Below are positions 40,001 through 51,654 of a DNA stretch of 64,000 bases, piece after piece. The notes beneath the pieces are model-generated. The model searched no databases and was not told the origin of the DNA. It saw only the letters and a program-made list of their open reading frames with translations. The position numbers and the translations under genes are program-made. Location of the stretch: positions 23,560,001 through 23,624,000 of the forward strand of contig OZ024755.1 in the NCBI GenBank assembly GCA_964016885.1. Reading direction: 5' to 3'. This DNA is from Eledone cirrhosa (Eukaryota). Position 1 is the stretch's first letter. Every line of letters starts with the position of its first letter.

Positions 40001-40149
40001 TTTGGTGTTAAACCTTCCAGGATCTTCCATATATATACTAGGTGAATGGCTTTTTAAAAGACAGAAGTGAGACTGTTGTAGCCAACAAGGCTCTCTCAAA
40101 GGAAACATAAATAACAAGCAGCATGCTCCATCTTCGGACCACTATTTTT

Positions 40150-42562
40150 TGTATCTCTCGTGTCTTCACTCCAGTGAGTAGAGCTTTAGTCCTTTCAGCC
40201 TCTCCCGGTAGCTCATCTCTTTCATTGAGGCAATCCTATTGGTGTAGCTTCATTGGATTGTTTCAAGTTCTGCGGTTAGTTTTGACACTGTGGGGTGACC
40301 ACAGTTGAGAGCAATAGTCCAGTTGGCTGAGGATGAAAGCTCTCCAGAAGACGAACATGGTTTCCGGGTGTCTTGTCCTGAAAGTTCTCAGAATCCAACC
40401 TGCACATTGCTGTCATTTTGGTGATGTGTGCATGAAATGATGCATCATTGCTCATCTCAATACCCAAGTCCCATATTGATTTTGACTTGGGGATTTCGAT
40501 TCTTCCTGTTCCGTTGTACCTTTGTTGTAGTGACCCTGTGTTTATGAGTTGATAACAGAGGGCTTGAAACTTACCTACATTAAATTGCATATTGTTCTCT
40601 TCAGCCCATTTGTATATGGCATCTAAATCATGTTGTAAGAGAGTAGCATCAGCCAGTTTCTTGATTGCACTCGTGAGGGAGGCTGTCTGTATCACAGAGG
40701 GCATATTTGAGACAGCCACCACATAAAATAGTGGTCTGAAGATGGGGCATGCTGCTTGTTATTTATGTTTATGTTTAGCCATTCACCTAGTTTTCCAGCT
40801 ATATCATTCTATGATCAACCTTGTCAAAGGCCTCGCAAAGTCCTGATATATCACATCAACGTTCAAATGGTCTAGCAGCTGTTTGAGTACTCAGTCATAA
40901 TTCTGCAAGAGCTGCATCAGACAGCTTCTATCTGGGCAAAAACCATGCTGGGTGTCAGAAGACCATTTTCATCTAGAAAAGTAATCAGTTTCCTTCTGAT
41001 GATTCGTTGGAAGACTTTGCTGATATGTGAGGTCTGTAGTTTTTAGCATCTGCTTTGCTCCCTCCTTTATGGATAAGACATATGCCTTCTTTTAGCTTTC
41101 TGGATAGATTACCACTTGCAAGGTCTCTGTGGAAGAGGATCTGCAATGGTTTGCTAATGTTTGTTTGCATGTTTTAAGGAGGATTACAGGGAAATAATCA
41201 GGGCCTCATTTCATCTATGGCTGATATTATATCTTTCCCCTTTATACCTTCACATGTGAAGGTGCACGGCTTAGTGGTTAGAGCATAGGGCTTACAATCA
41301 TGAGCTTGTGAGTTTGATTCTCAGACCAGGCTTTGTGTTATGTTCTTCAGCAAGACACTTTATTTCATGTTGCTCCAGTTCACTCAGCTGTATCGGCCTT
41401 TGCCTTTCCCTTGGACAACATCAGTGGCAGGAAGAGGGGAGACTTGTATGCATGGGCGACTGCTGGTCTTCCAGAAATATACCTATATAGTTGATGGTTG
41501 CCATTTTTCTGTGTAATACAGTGGTGTTAAAGAACTCATCTAGCATATTTATTTGCATGTCTCATTGGAGGTGCGACAACACTTTTATATTGCTTGTTCA
41601 GTACCTCACTTATCCCTTGGAGTTCTGTGGTCAGTGAGCCACTTTTCTGGAAAAGTGGCCTGCTCCCATAGTGTACTGAGGTGGTCCATTTTGCAAATTT
41701 AAAGAAAGCCTTAGGGTTCGTCTTTATGTTTTCTATAGCCCTGGCTTCTCTTCCTGCCCATTCCTTTTCATAAGAGAGTTTGAGTTAATTTTCAATTTCA
41801 AATAGTTTCTGCTTTAAATGGGATTCCTTCTTGTTCTTTAGTTGTATATGTAGCTGGTTTGAGGTCATCATTTTCCGTCTCAAAAGGTTTTTCCTGTCTC
41901 TGGGAATAATATGTTTGTGTCTGTTGACCTTTCTTGCTGGGGCGAACTTAGAGCATATGGCTTGTTTTATTTTCATGAATTGCTTAAGTTGTATGTTGAC
42001 ATCTTCTGTAGACAGACTGTTGGTTCAGATTTGCTTCAGGATCTGCTCCTGAATCCTTTTCCAGTTAGTTTTGTGGAAGTTTAGGCTGGATAGAAACCAA
42101 GTGCTTCCTGTTGGCTGCAAATCTACAGTCTTCCTCAGACTATACGCAACTAGTTCTACTATGTTATGGCCCGAGAAAATCGTTGGTGTCACCTTCATAT
42201 TGTAGAGGAGTTCCTTGCTATTTGTGAAGCAGAGATCCAGGATATTCTCACCTCTTGTTGAAGTACCATTTGTTCTGTAAATAGTCTGTATGTAAGGTTC
42301 AGCAAGGATTCTGTTTGCCTTTGTTCAAGTGCCATCATTCCTGAGAGGAGGTGGCCTTTAGGCCATTTGACCTTGGAGAGGTTAAAATCTCCCAGCAACA
42401 GGATTGTTGAAATGGATCCAATTTGATTAGTTGTTCTTCCATCTTTCTGAGGTTATCTTCAAACTTGTCCTCATAACAAGGGGCATCTGGTGGTCGATAT
42501 GTGACACATATTACCATTTTGAGTTGCTCTATGTGAACTATTAGCATGATAGTGCACATCAC
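40150..42562 (-). mobile_element. Degenerate CR1/Jockey-group LINE (APE endonuclease plus RT), interrupted by a CORE-SINE at ~41258-41475
   Basis: Motifs YRPP, LGDFN, IHKGGSKADAKNYRP, QHGF, LQHDLDAIYKWAEENNMQFN, DLGI in shifting frames. Confidence 0.9.
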
Positions 42563-42719
42563 CAGTCACTCTGGAAGATCCTCCAAATCTATGGTGTCCC
42601 CAACTGCTATATCAAAATTTTAAAGTCACTTTATCAAGACTCAAGTTGCTTTGTAAAAACAGAATCAGGATTTACTGAGTTCTTTTCAATCTTATTGGGA
42701 ATACAACAGGGATGATCCT

Positions 42720-43470
42720 ATCCCCCATTCTTTTGAAGTTAACATAATTCATCACTGCCAGGGTTCCATACTCCAGTGTTTGCTCAATATTCCTTAGTGA
42801 GAATATTTGTTCATTGTATGATCTTCCTTTTTGAAAATCTGCCTGTTCCCTGATAAGTTTGGGGTCCAGCTCTTCTTGTAATCTTTTCAACAGCAGCCAA
42901 CAGATGATTTTTTGGGCCATAATTAGAAAAATCACACCAGACCAGTTGTCACAATCAGCAAGTACTCCTTTCTTAGGGATTTTGATTATAACTCCTATTG
43001 ACCATTCAGTAGGTGTCTCACCTTTATTCCAGCTTACCATTCTGATTTCTGTCAGTTTTTCTATGATGGCATCTCCACCGTCTTTTAGGAGTTTGGCAGA
43101 TATGGAGTCTAATCCAGAGTATTCGTTATTCCTCTGGGTCAAGATTGCCTTGTGCATTTCTTCCTTTGTTATATCACTGAAGAGTACCTCTGAGTTACTG
43201 ATGTCATTTTCTATGCTATCATTAAGTTCTGAAGTTGATGTTGGGTTTGGTTGGTTTAGCACTTCACTGAAGTGTTCCATCCATTGTTTTGACTGCTCTT
43301 CCTTTGTCTTTAACTGGACCTGCTTTACTACAGTTCTTAGCATTTATTAGGTCTTGCACGATTCTGAACAGTGTTCGGTAGTCATTTTGTTTTGCTTCAG
43401 CTTGGGCTTCATTGCATTTACTTTCTAACCAGTTTATTGACTTTGCAAAATTTTTAACATCTCTGTTGAT
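42720..43470 (-). mobile_element. RTE-type LINE, linker plus RT N-terminal part
   Basis: ORF 42672-43343: W.EHFSEVLNQP, GLDSISAKLLK, IIKIPKKG.L.DCDNWSG, EQADFQKGRSYNEQIFSLR. Confidence 0.9.
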
Positions 43471-43937
43471 ATCATCATCATCATCATCGCTTAACGTCCA
43501 TTTTCCATGCTAGCATTGGTTAGATGAGTTGTCCCATTTGAGGCAAGTTGGGTCAGGTAACCGTGTCTTACTTATGTAGAACTGTTTCTAGCTAGGTTTC
43601 TACGGCTGGATGCCTTTCCTAATGCCAACCACTTTACAGTGTCGGCTGGGTGCATTTTGTCGTGACTCCTACACGACCAGTTTACAGTGAGTACTGGGTG
43701 CTTTTTGTTGTGACACCTACACAACCACTTTACAGTGTGGGCTGTGGGCTTTTTGTTGTGATACCTACACAACTACTTTACAGTGTGGGCTGGGTACTTT
43801 TTGTTGTGACACCTACACCACCACGTTACAGTGTGGGTTGTGTGCTTTCTGTCGTGACACCTACACAACTACTTTACAGTGTGGGCTGTGTGCTTTTTGT
43901 CATGACATCTACATGACCACTTTACAGTGTGGGCTGG
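43470..43937 (-). mobile_element. Family-C retroposon with six full 48-bp 5' monomers
   Basis: TTACAGTG recurs every 48 nt from 43633 to 43921; (CAT)n tail at ~43470-43488. Confidence 0.85.
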
Positions 43938-43989
43938 ATTATACATTTTTGTGCACATCTCGATTTGGACTTGTGTTTTCCCATGCCAA

Positions 43990-44958
43990 ACATACCACAA
44001 ACATCGCTACTTGGAATGTGCAACTCTATATCAAAGCAGAAAGTTGGCCTAAGTCGTTAAAGAAATGACCAGATACAATCTGAACATACTGAGGTTGGCC
44101 GAAATGAGATGGACAGGGTGTAGCAAGCTTAACCATGAAGAAGTAACCATCTTATACTCAGGTCACACAGAACATCACTGAAGTGGTGTTAGTATTCTAC
44201 TGAGGGAAGAAGCTGTTAATGTACTCATTGGGTGGATACCTGTAAACGAATGCATCATAACAGCCCATTTACAGACCAAACATGCAAAAGTGTCTATCAT
44301 CCAAGTCTATGCTCCAACAGAGTTAGCAAGTGAAGAGGATAAAAATATATTCTACAACCAGCTTCAACAAATGTTGGATTACACTCCATCTTATGATATC
44401 AAATTACTGATTGGAGACTTCAATGTCAAGATAAGTTGTAATTGTAAGGGTCAAGAGAGTGTTATTGGCCCTTTAGGTCTTGCTGAAGATCTTGGTGATA
44501 TAGTGGAGAGAGGATGACTTCATTTTGCAGCTTGAAAGGACTTTCTATCTACAATATAAAGAGATCCACAAAACGACCTGGCACTCTCTTGACAAGAGGA
44601 AATGTAGATCTTCTGTCAAGAATATGCATAGCTTTCGAACATCGGATTGTGGTTCTGGTCATTCTCTACAAATTCTCAAAGTACAAGTGAAATAAAAAAA
44701 AATAAAAAAAATGAACACCTACAAGCCCTTTTCGATATTGCAAAGCTAACAGTCAGAGACAGCTGAAAATTACAGCATCGAACTTAAGAACAAATTTGCA
44801 TCTTTAAAAGATGATGTTGGACCCAATGAAAAATGGAAGGATTTCAAAAAAACAATTAGCAGGGGCTTTAACAACAATTGGCAAAGTCAGAGGTTCTCAC
44901 AAACATCGATGGATCTATATTGAAACTTGGAATTTGATTGATGACAGGAAACGAATCA
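43990..44958 (+). mobile_element. RTE-type LINE, APE endonuclease part (inverted relative to 42720-43470)
   Basis: IATWNV, L.LAEMRWTG, IIQVYAPT, LIGDFNVK, WIYIETWNLIDDRK. Confidence 0.9.
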
Positions 44959-44963
44959 TACAC

Positions 44964-45018
<55 letters not shown>

Positions 45019-45119
45019 CACACACACAATGTATTACACACGCACACATTCAATGTATCTCTCACACACACACATACAATATATCACACACACAATATCT
45101 CTCTCTCATACACACACAC

Positions 45120-45170
<51 letters not shown>

Positions 45171-46042
45171 AAGAGGTTTCCTGCGCAGTTATTAAAAGAC
45201 TGTGCATGAGAAAGTCTTTTGTAGCAGAAAAACCCTTAAGTATAGAAATTATACATGAAATACAATTAAAAAGGAAAACAAAACGTAAACCTCCAAATAA
45301 CGAGAACATAGAATTTAATGACTCGACTTATATTTCATATGAAAAGAATAATGAAGCTACCGATAAATTGTATTTGTTGGCGAAAGAAAATATCGCCATA
45401 ATCAACACACATATCTTATTCTCTTCATCTTGTGATGTAAAAAAGGGAAAATATAGCAAATTTTGCACGTAGCGTGGTTTAATTAAACTTCTGGTGGAAT
45501 TATTTTATTAATTTTTATTCAAACGTGTTAAAGGTAGGGACAGGCCCGTATACATTTAGGAAGAATCGTTGTGATTAGTCGTATGGAGGAGGGGGGGGGG
45601 GCACAAATAAGTGAGGAATAAACAAAGATAAAGTACTGAAATGTATTGTTTCATTAAATGATAGAAATCGTTTATTAAGTAGTCTCTTAAATACTAACTC
45701 GAAACGTGACTGATTAAAATAAAGGTAAAACGAAGACAGCAACGATATGAAATATGGATACATGTCTGTATTTTTCATCAAGACAAATTCTGAAAGTCTA
45801 TCGTTAAAAGAATAGACAAAAATAACTATGCCAAACGTGATATTCAGAAACGTATTAAAAAAAAAAAAGAACAACAATAATAGGTGTAACGGAAGAGGAG
45901 AAAAAAGAAAGAACTTATTTAGCTGCCTAAATAGTAAAAAGTACGAGAAAATAAGCACGAATAAATATAATGTTGATGACGTAAACACAACAAGGACCGA
46001 CATATCACAGAAGAAATTATAATGATTTAACAATTTACCCAC

Positions 46043-46910
46043 CTTGCACATTTGTTTGGTGTCTGTCGTGAGATATTTCTGACTTTTGGTGACATCCAGA
46101 TATAGGTATGGTCTCCAAATGTACAGCTTGCGGACAGGTGGTTTGCGATGGTTGTCGCCCCACATTGTTGCTTTCCTCCATTCCCGCTTCAGCTGTTTTG
46201 TTACAATTCTGAGTGGTATTCTGCTCAGCAGTCTGTGAAGTAGAACGATCATCTGACGACGACAACAGTGGTTTAATGACAGGTTGTTCATCTCTAGAAT
46301 GTTCATGTTTTCCTTGTTGCACAGCTGAAGTTAGTTTTACATCACCAGAACCTGGCGATCCAGGGTGATTAACAATTACATTATCAGACTTACTCGTTTC
46401 CATTTCGTTTGAAGTTACCGCACTGGTACTCTTCATTATAGCTTTATTAGATTCCATATCGGGCTGCATTAATCCTATCTCCATCAAGGTATTTTTATCT
46501 GGAACATGGTTGTCATTTCCATCTTCGTTTGCACTAATCTTACATTGGGATAGACTGTGGTCGAAAGAGGAATCAGTCCTTGTTATATCTGAAGCAGTAA
46601 GTGTTGATGGTGAGTCTGTTGTTGTCAGTGTACTAGAGACTGTGTTGTTTAACATGCACGATGTCGTGTTGTTGCTAGTTACATCAAGGCTCGAGACTTT
46701 AGCCTCGCAATCTTTGTCATTTTCACTAAGTACCGTGTCTACTGCTGCTGCATTTGTGACAACACCACTGCCACAATCGCTACTGCTGGTGCCCGTAGTA
46801 CTATCGGTATCCTCCTTCGAAAACGGGCTAATGGTGGTGGGAGCCCCGGGACTGTCTGCTGTGTTTGTTTGGGTTACGCCTCCGTGTACCAGTTTTAATT
46901 GATCGTCCAT
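46043..46910 (-). CDS. First coding exon (~289 codons) of an unidentified host gene; Ser/Thr/Asp-rich low-complexity N-terminus
   Basis: 876-nt ORF (MDDQLKLVHGG...HQTNVQG) with higher GC and CpG than the background and no TE motifs. It ends at candidate donors CAAG|GTGGGT (46043) or TGG|GTAAAT (46039) just before the stop. No downstream exon identified. Confidence 0.8.
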
Positions 46911-47262
46911 TTGCGTGCAAGGGATTGGTTCAGTCGCTCACAGTCTTTATTGTGGCTTCCTGCCCTCCCAACACTCGCTCAACTTACCGACGTTATATCA
47001 ATAACGACAGCCATCACAAGATCTCACTCTCAGTCAGTCTCGTTAACGCACGCGAGAATTGCTTTATAGTAGCGTTTTCACTCATTAGTCCCCAAAACAA
47101 AACAGTGCTGCCAGAAAATTGTTCAATACGAAATATTTATCGATTGTAATTATCTATATTTTGTTTCAGTTAACCTTTAATATGTTTTCTATCTATAGAA
47201 TTCAATAGAAATCGAATTAAGTAAATAACTATAATATTTACAACATTATCTCCAAGATGGCG
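46911..47262. promoter_or_regulatory. CpG-rich promoter/5'UTR, probably bidirectional
   Basis: CpG retained across ~45200-47470 versus depleted flanks; lies between two divergent ATGs; AAGATGGCG motif at 47254-47262. Confidence 0.55.
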
Positions 47263-47291
47263 TTGGTGTCAACAAGTGTTTTCGGAGGCGT
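47257..47291 (+). CDS. Candidate short first coding exon (MALVSTSVFGGV...) of a divergent gene
   Basis: CCAAGATGGCG (strong start context, YY1-type motif), 11 codons plus 2 nt, then a canonical donor GT|GTAAGT. No in-frame second exon found. Confidence 0.5.
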
Positions 47292-48054
47292 GTAAGTTTA
47301 TTTTTTTTGTTCATTATTTTTAACTTCAATACTTACTGATAATCATTTGGGGTTTCATAAAAAAGTATGCAAATACGCCGATATAAAAGTATACATAAAC
47401 CCTGATTTCAGAATGTTCTGCAGTTAAGGCAGTGCTGATCAATAACTGCATGATCGATCACCCGGGCTTTAGATGTTTACATTGTAATTAAAATGACTGT
47501 TTTATAATATATATGTATACTCATATTTCTTTATATTTTCTCTTTGAATACGCATGAGGCTTTGGAAATATTGGAAGAAGGCAATGAAATAAACTTTACT
47601 ACTACTACAATATTAAAGTCCACATTTCTGAAGGATAATTTAACATGGAAATTCCAATGAGTCAGCTGATGAAATGAATCATTTTGGAAGAAGACTGCTG
47701 ACACCTTAGTCTGATTTTATGTCTAAAGGAATCAATGTAGAAATAGAAGATTAAGCTGTAAGTTTTCTTTAATCTTTTGTTAATCAGCTACAACTAAAAA
47801 ATCGGGAGAAAAACTGATCCATTTTTTGTAAACAAACCCTTGCCTGGATGTATCATGCTATCATGTGAATTAGAGGTAGATATATAAACATTTTTTTTTT
47901 TTTTTCCAATAAAATATTTATCGAGAATAGTATTTATTAAACTAAGCTTCATATTCATCAGAAAAATATCAGCTTGATTGCCTGAGAAATAATGTGGGTG
48001 ATGTTTGCTTTCTAGTTATACTAAATTCTCTATTAAAAGTACCTACTGATTGTG

Positions 48055-48830
48055 TAAGAAAGAATTACTACTAACTATACTATCAGATAAGAAAGAACTA
48101 CTATACTATCAGATGAGAAAGAATCCCCACTATACTATCTAACGAGAAAAAACCACTACTATACTATCAAATGAGATGGATCTACTATGTTATCAGATGA
48201 GAAAGAACTTCTATACTATCAGATGAGATAGATCTACTATACTATCTGATGAGAAAGAATCCCTACTATACTATCAGATGAGAAAGAACTACTACTATAC
48301 TATTAGATGAGATAGATCTACTTTACTATCAGATGAGAAAGAATTACTACTATACTATTAGATGAGATAGATCTACTATATTATCAGATAAGAAAGAACT
48401 ACTACTATACTATTAGATGAGATAGATCTACTATATTATCAGATAAGAAAGAACTACTACTATACTATTAGATGAGATAGATCTACTATATTATCAGATA
48501 AGAAAGAACTACTACTATACTATTAGATGAGATAGATCTACTATATTATCAGATAAGAAAGAACTACTACTATACTATTAGATGAGATAGATCTACTGTA
48601 TTATCAGATAAGAAAGAACTACTACTATACTATCAGATGAGATAGATCTACTATATTATCAGATAAGAAAGAACTACTACTATACTATTAGATGAGATAG
48701 ATATACTATACTATTAGATGAGAAAGAACTACTACTATACTATCAGATGAGAAAGAACTACTACTATACTATCAGATGAGAAAGGACTACTACTATACTA
48801 TCATATGAGATAGATATACTATACTATTAG
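48055..48830. repeat. Minisatellite of 26- and 29-bp monomers with a 55-bp higher-order dimer core
   Basis: ACTATACTATCAGATGAGAAAGAACTACT and ACTATACTATTAGATGAGATAGATCT monomers; strict 55-nt period over ~48345-48700. Confidence 0.95.
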
Positions 48831-49237
48831 ATGCCATCTGATGTAACTCTTTTGAAGATATTCCTTATATTCTATCGACTGACAATGTGAATATGGATAA
48901 TACAGACAGATTATTCAAGGTATGACCAATTTTAGATCAGTTCAATCCAGGGCTTTTTCACTCGTACCAGAGGAACCCCTCCCTGATTGACCTCCACTAT
49001 TTTCTCTCTTGCATCACTTATGGAAAAACATTTGTGTTGAATTTCTATTGGTGAATCTATAATCCCTTATTTTTGACATGTTTTTTATCAAGTAATACAT
49101 GAAAGGAATACCCATGAGAACTGGTTTCAGTGCTATATATGTATACCATTGGTGTATATATGAGAAAGCATTAACTGTAAACAAACTTTGATTAAAATAA
49201 AAAAAAAAAGAAGGAAATATGCCACAAAGAAACAAAA

Positions 49238-49374
49238 TTGCTGAAGATCTTGGTGATATAGTGGAGAGAGGATGACTTCATTTTGCAGCTTGAAAGGACT
49301 TTCTATCTACAATATAAAGAGATCCACAAAACGACCTGGCACTCTCTTGACAAGAGGAAATGTAGATCTTCTGT
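49238..49374 (+). repeat. 137-bp identical duplicate of 44480-44616
   Basis: TTGCTGAAGATCTTGG...GTAGATCTTCTGT matches base for base by eye. Confidence 0.95.
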
Positions 49375-50133
49375 TAAAGTTAAATTAGTTAGGTTCTAAG
49401 GAAAACTCTACAAATAACTGGTACCGCAAATTCCAGGGGGTACACTGTATATAGGAAAATCAACATTGGAATTGCCATTTACCTCCCCCCAAAAAACCTG
49501 TACCATTCAAAGAGAAAACAAAGGAACCAGTGATCAATCTTCATTTACTTCCTTGATGTAGTTAGTGAATGCCTGCAGCTCCAGAACAATACAAGCCCTC
49601 TACAGTTCTGACAATGTTTAGCAATACCATTTCTGAAGAGTTATGTTCTGCATCCTCTCAAGGAAAGCATCAACTTTCAATACACCCTGCTATTTTCTAT
49701 GATGGCATGAATCATCAGCTATGCTCAACAAATCAACTAAGACATATATATTGCACTATTAAATCCACATAATCATGTTCAAAGTGTAATGCTGGACGTT
49801 ATCACAAATATCAAGAAGCTTACTATACTTATTCAGAACTGAAACAAATGTTTGCTAATAATAATTTATTTATTTATCTATTTTGATTTCTGAGTACTTT
49901 TTAAAAATAAAAAAACTAAAAAAAAAAAAACTTGAAATGTATATTTTTTATCCAGACTTCATTGAAAAATTGTGTTTTTGCTGTAGATGTGAGGGTTTCA
50001 CACACCAAATTATATTGAAATAATGAAACCTAAACATATATGCATTAATGGGTTAAAGAGTTTATTTTATTGTAGAATTGTCATCAGTTTGATGGATATA
50101 AATATTTTACACTACTACTAATGTTTGACAAAT

Positions 50134-50225
<92 letters not shown>

Positions 50226-51199
50226 TTGTGCCCAGGTATTCACGAGGTTACGTTCCTAGAGCCCCTGTGAAGAATTGAAAACCCCGACCATTGGATAAAA
50301 ATGCCTATAAACATCAAAACACAACATAAAATATAGGCTGGCAAATAATTTAGCGTTAAAAAGCATGAAAAAAATATATATTGCCACGAAAAAAGCCATT
50401 AAAAAATTGCAGAAAATATTTACGATTCTGTGAATATGTGATGGTTTCCATTAGGTTTTAAGGAAAATTCCGCAAATGCCGGCGGTACACTGTATTTGCA
50501 TGTAGTTTACTTAGATTTACGTTATCAGTTACATTTACATGTAACTGTAATCATTGTCCTTGATTCCCACGAAAAATATATTAAAAGAAGAAAATAGGGG
50601 TATGAGGAATATCTTTAGTCCCTCTATACAACTATATGCATCACAAATAATTGGAGACAAGGGCAAAGGAGATGGTGTCCTAGCTGGAAGAAAAGAGGCC
50701 ATACTCAACAACTGTGAGTGATTAAAAGGAATGTCTAGACACTAGCTGTATGTTGAAACATACAGAAAGTACAAACATAGATCCAGGCTAAAACAGCTCA
50801 CATGAACAGGTAAGTATGAGAAAGGTAAGAAGAAGAGGTCAAGGAGAGTAGAAAGTGAGTTAAGTACAGAAGTCTTCAATAATGAAACTCCCTGAACAAA
50901 CTAAGGGCGTTGAAATGGAGATGATAATTGAGTAGAGGATGTAACTCAATAATATAATAAAAATAAAGAATTAAAATATCGTAGCAAAAAAGGATGCTTA
51001 ATTACTTCGTATAAAAGGATTATTTTTATCTGGTATATAATTGGTAAATAAACAGGGGAGGTAACTTAATATATGAATATAATTTAGAAAGGGGGGTAAC
51101 TTAACAATTAAAAAGTTATATTTAAAAGCGGAGGAGATTTAAAAAAAAAATTATCAAATGAGTGTTGTCCACTTATCAATATATATTTTCAATTTGGTC

Positions 51200-51478
51200 T
51201 TGACCAGTTTTTAGAATGAATTTAGATTCATGTGGACAGTGAGTGAAGAAATCAAGGCAGGTATTTAATCATTTCTTAGAGGTTAAAGTCTTTAAAATAT
51301 TTTATCTTTTATCTGTGCAGAGGTAACATTGATGTAGCCTGTTTATGTAAGGTCTTGATTTTTTAAAGATTTTCCATTTAATGGCGAAATCCTTGTTGGT
51401 GTCCTTGAGGTGGTATATATGGCATGCAAGTTTCGTAGTGTACAAAGTACACTCAAGAGGTTTTGAGACTTTTATCAA
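51200..51478 (-). mobile_element. Penelope-like element, GIY-YIG endonuclease C-terminal relic
   Basis: Minus frame TKLACHIYHLKDTNKDFAIKWKIFKKSRPY...CYLCT.K..IL....LN......HCPHESKF follows the PLE pattern T.LS.HIW.LK...I.W.I...C.LC.EK...LN...C.H. Confidence 0.7.
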
Positions 51479-51654
51479 AGAGACATTTAGTTAACTCTAG
51501 TCTCCCTCAAAGTTGGATTCTCCAACTTCAGTGCACTTGTTGCACTGTCTTCTGGGGCAAAATATTCCCCATCCTGTCAACTGGGATCAAGAGGCAGAGG
51601 GTAAGTTGGTTGGCAGTGAAGGACACTCATTTAGATGTTACACATATACATACA

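Larger units (their letters stand above)
47540..50052 (+). mobile_element. Ancient piggyBac transposon relic
   Basis: Fragments DAI*CNSFEDI and TDNVNMDNTDRLFKV*PILDQFN (~48830-48945; PGBD DR..KVRP motif), a CSKCN-like Cys remnant at ~49776, and a right end ...ATGGG-TTAA (50053-50056). Left end uncertain. Confidence 0.6.

Noticed and set aside
44811-45472. ORFs rich in YIYI/HTHT (also 30313-30577, 35442-35656, 37092-37378, 53490-53786)
   Set aside because: Translations of (TA)n/(CA)n microsatellites.
45575-46306. 243-aa minus ORF overlapping the main exon
   Set aside because: An alternative frame running into T-rich intron sequence (Phe/Leu-rich); no independent support.
47412-47482. Possible exon 2 for the plus-strand micro-exon
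   Set aside because: Joining in the phase set by the GTAAGT donor hits a stop within five codons.
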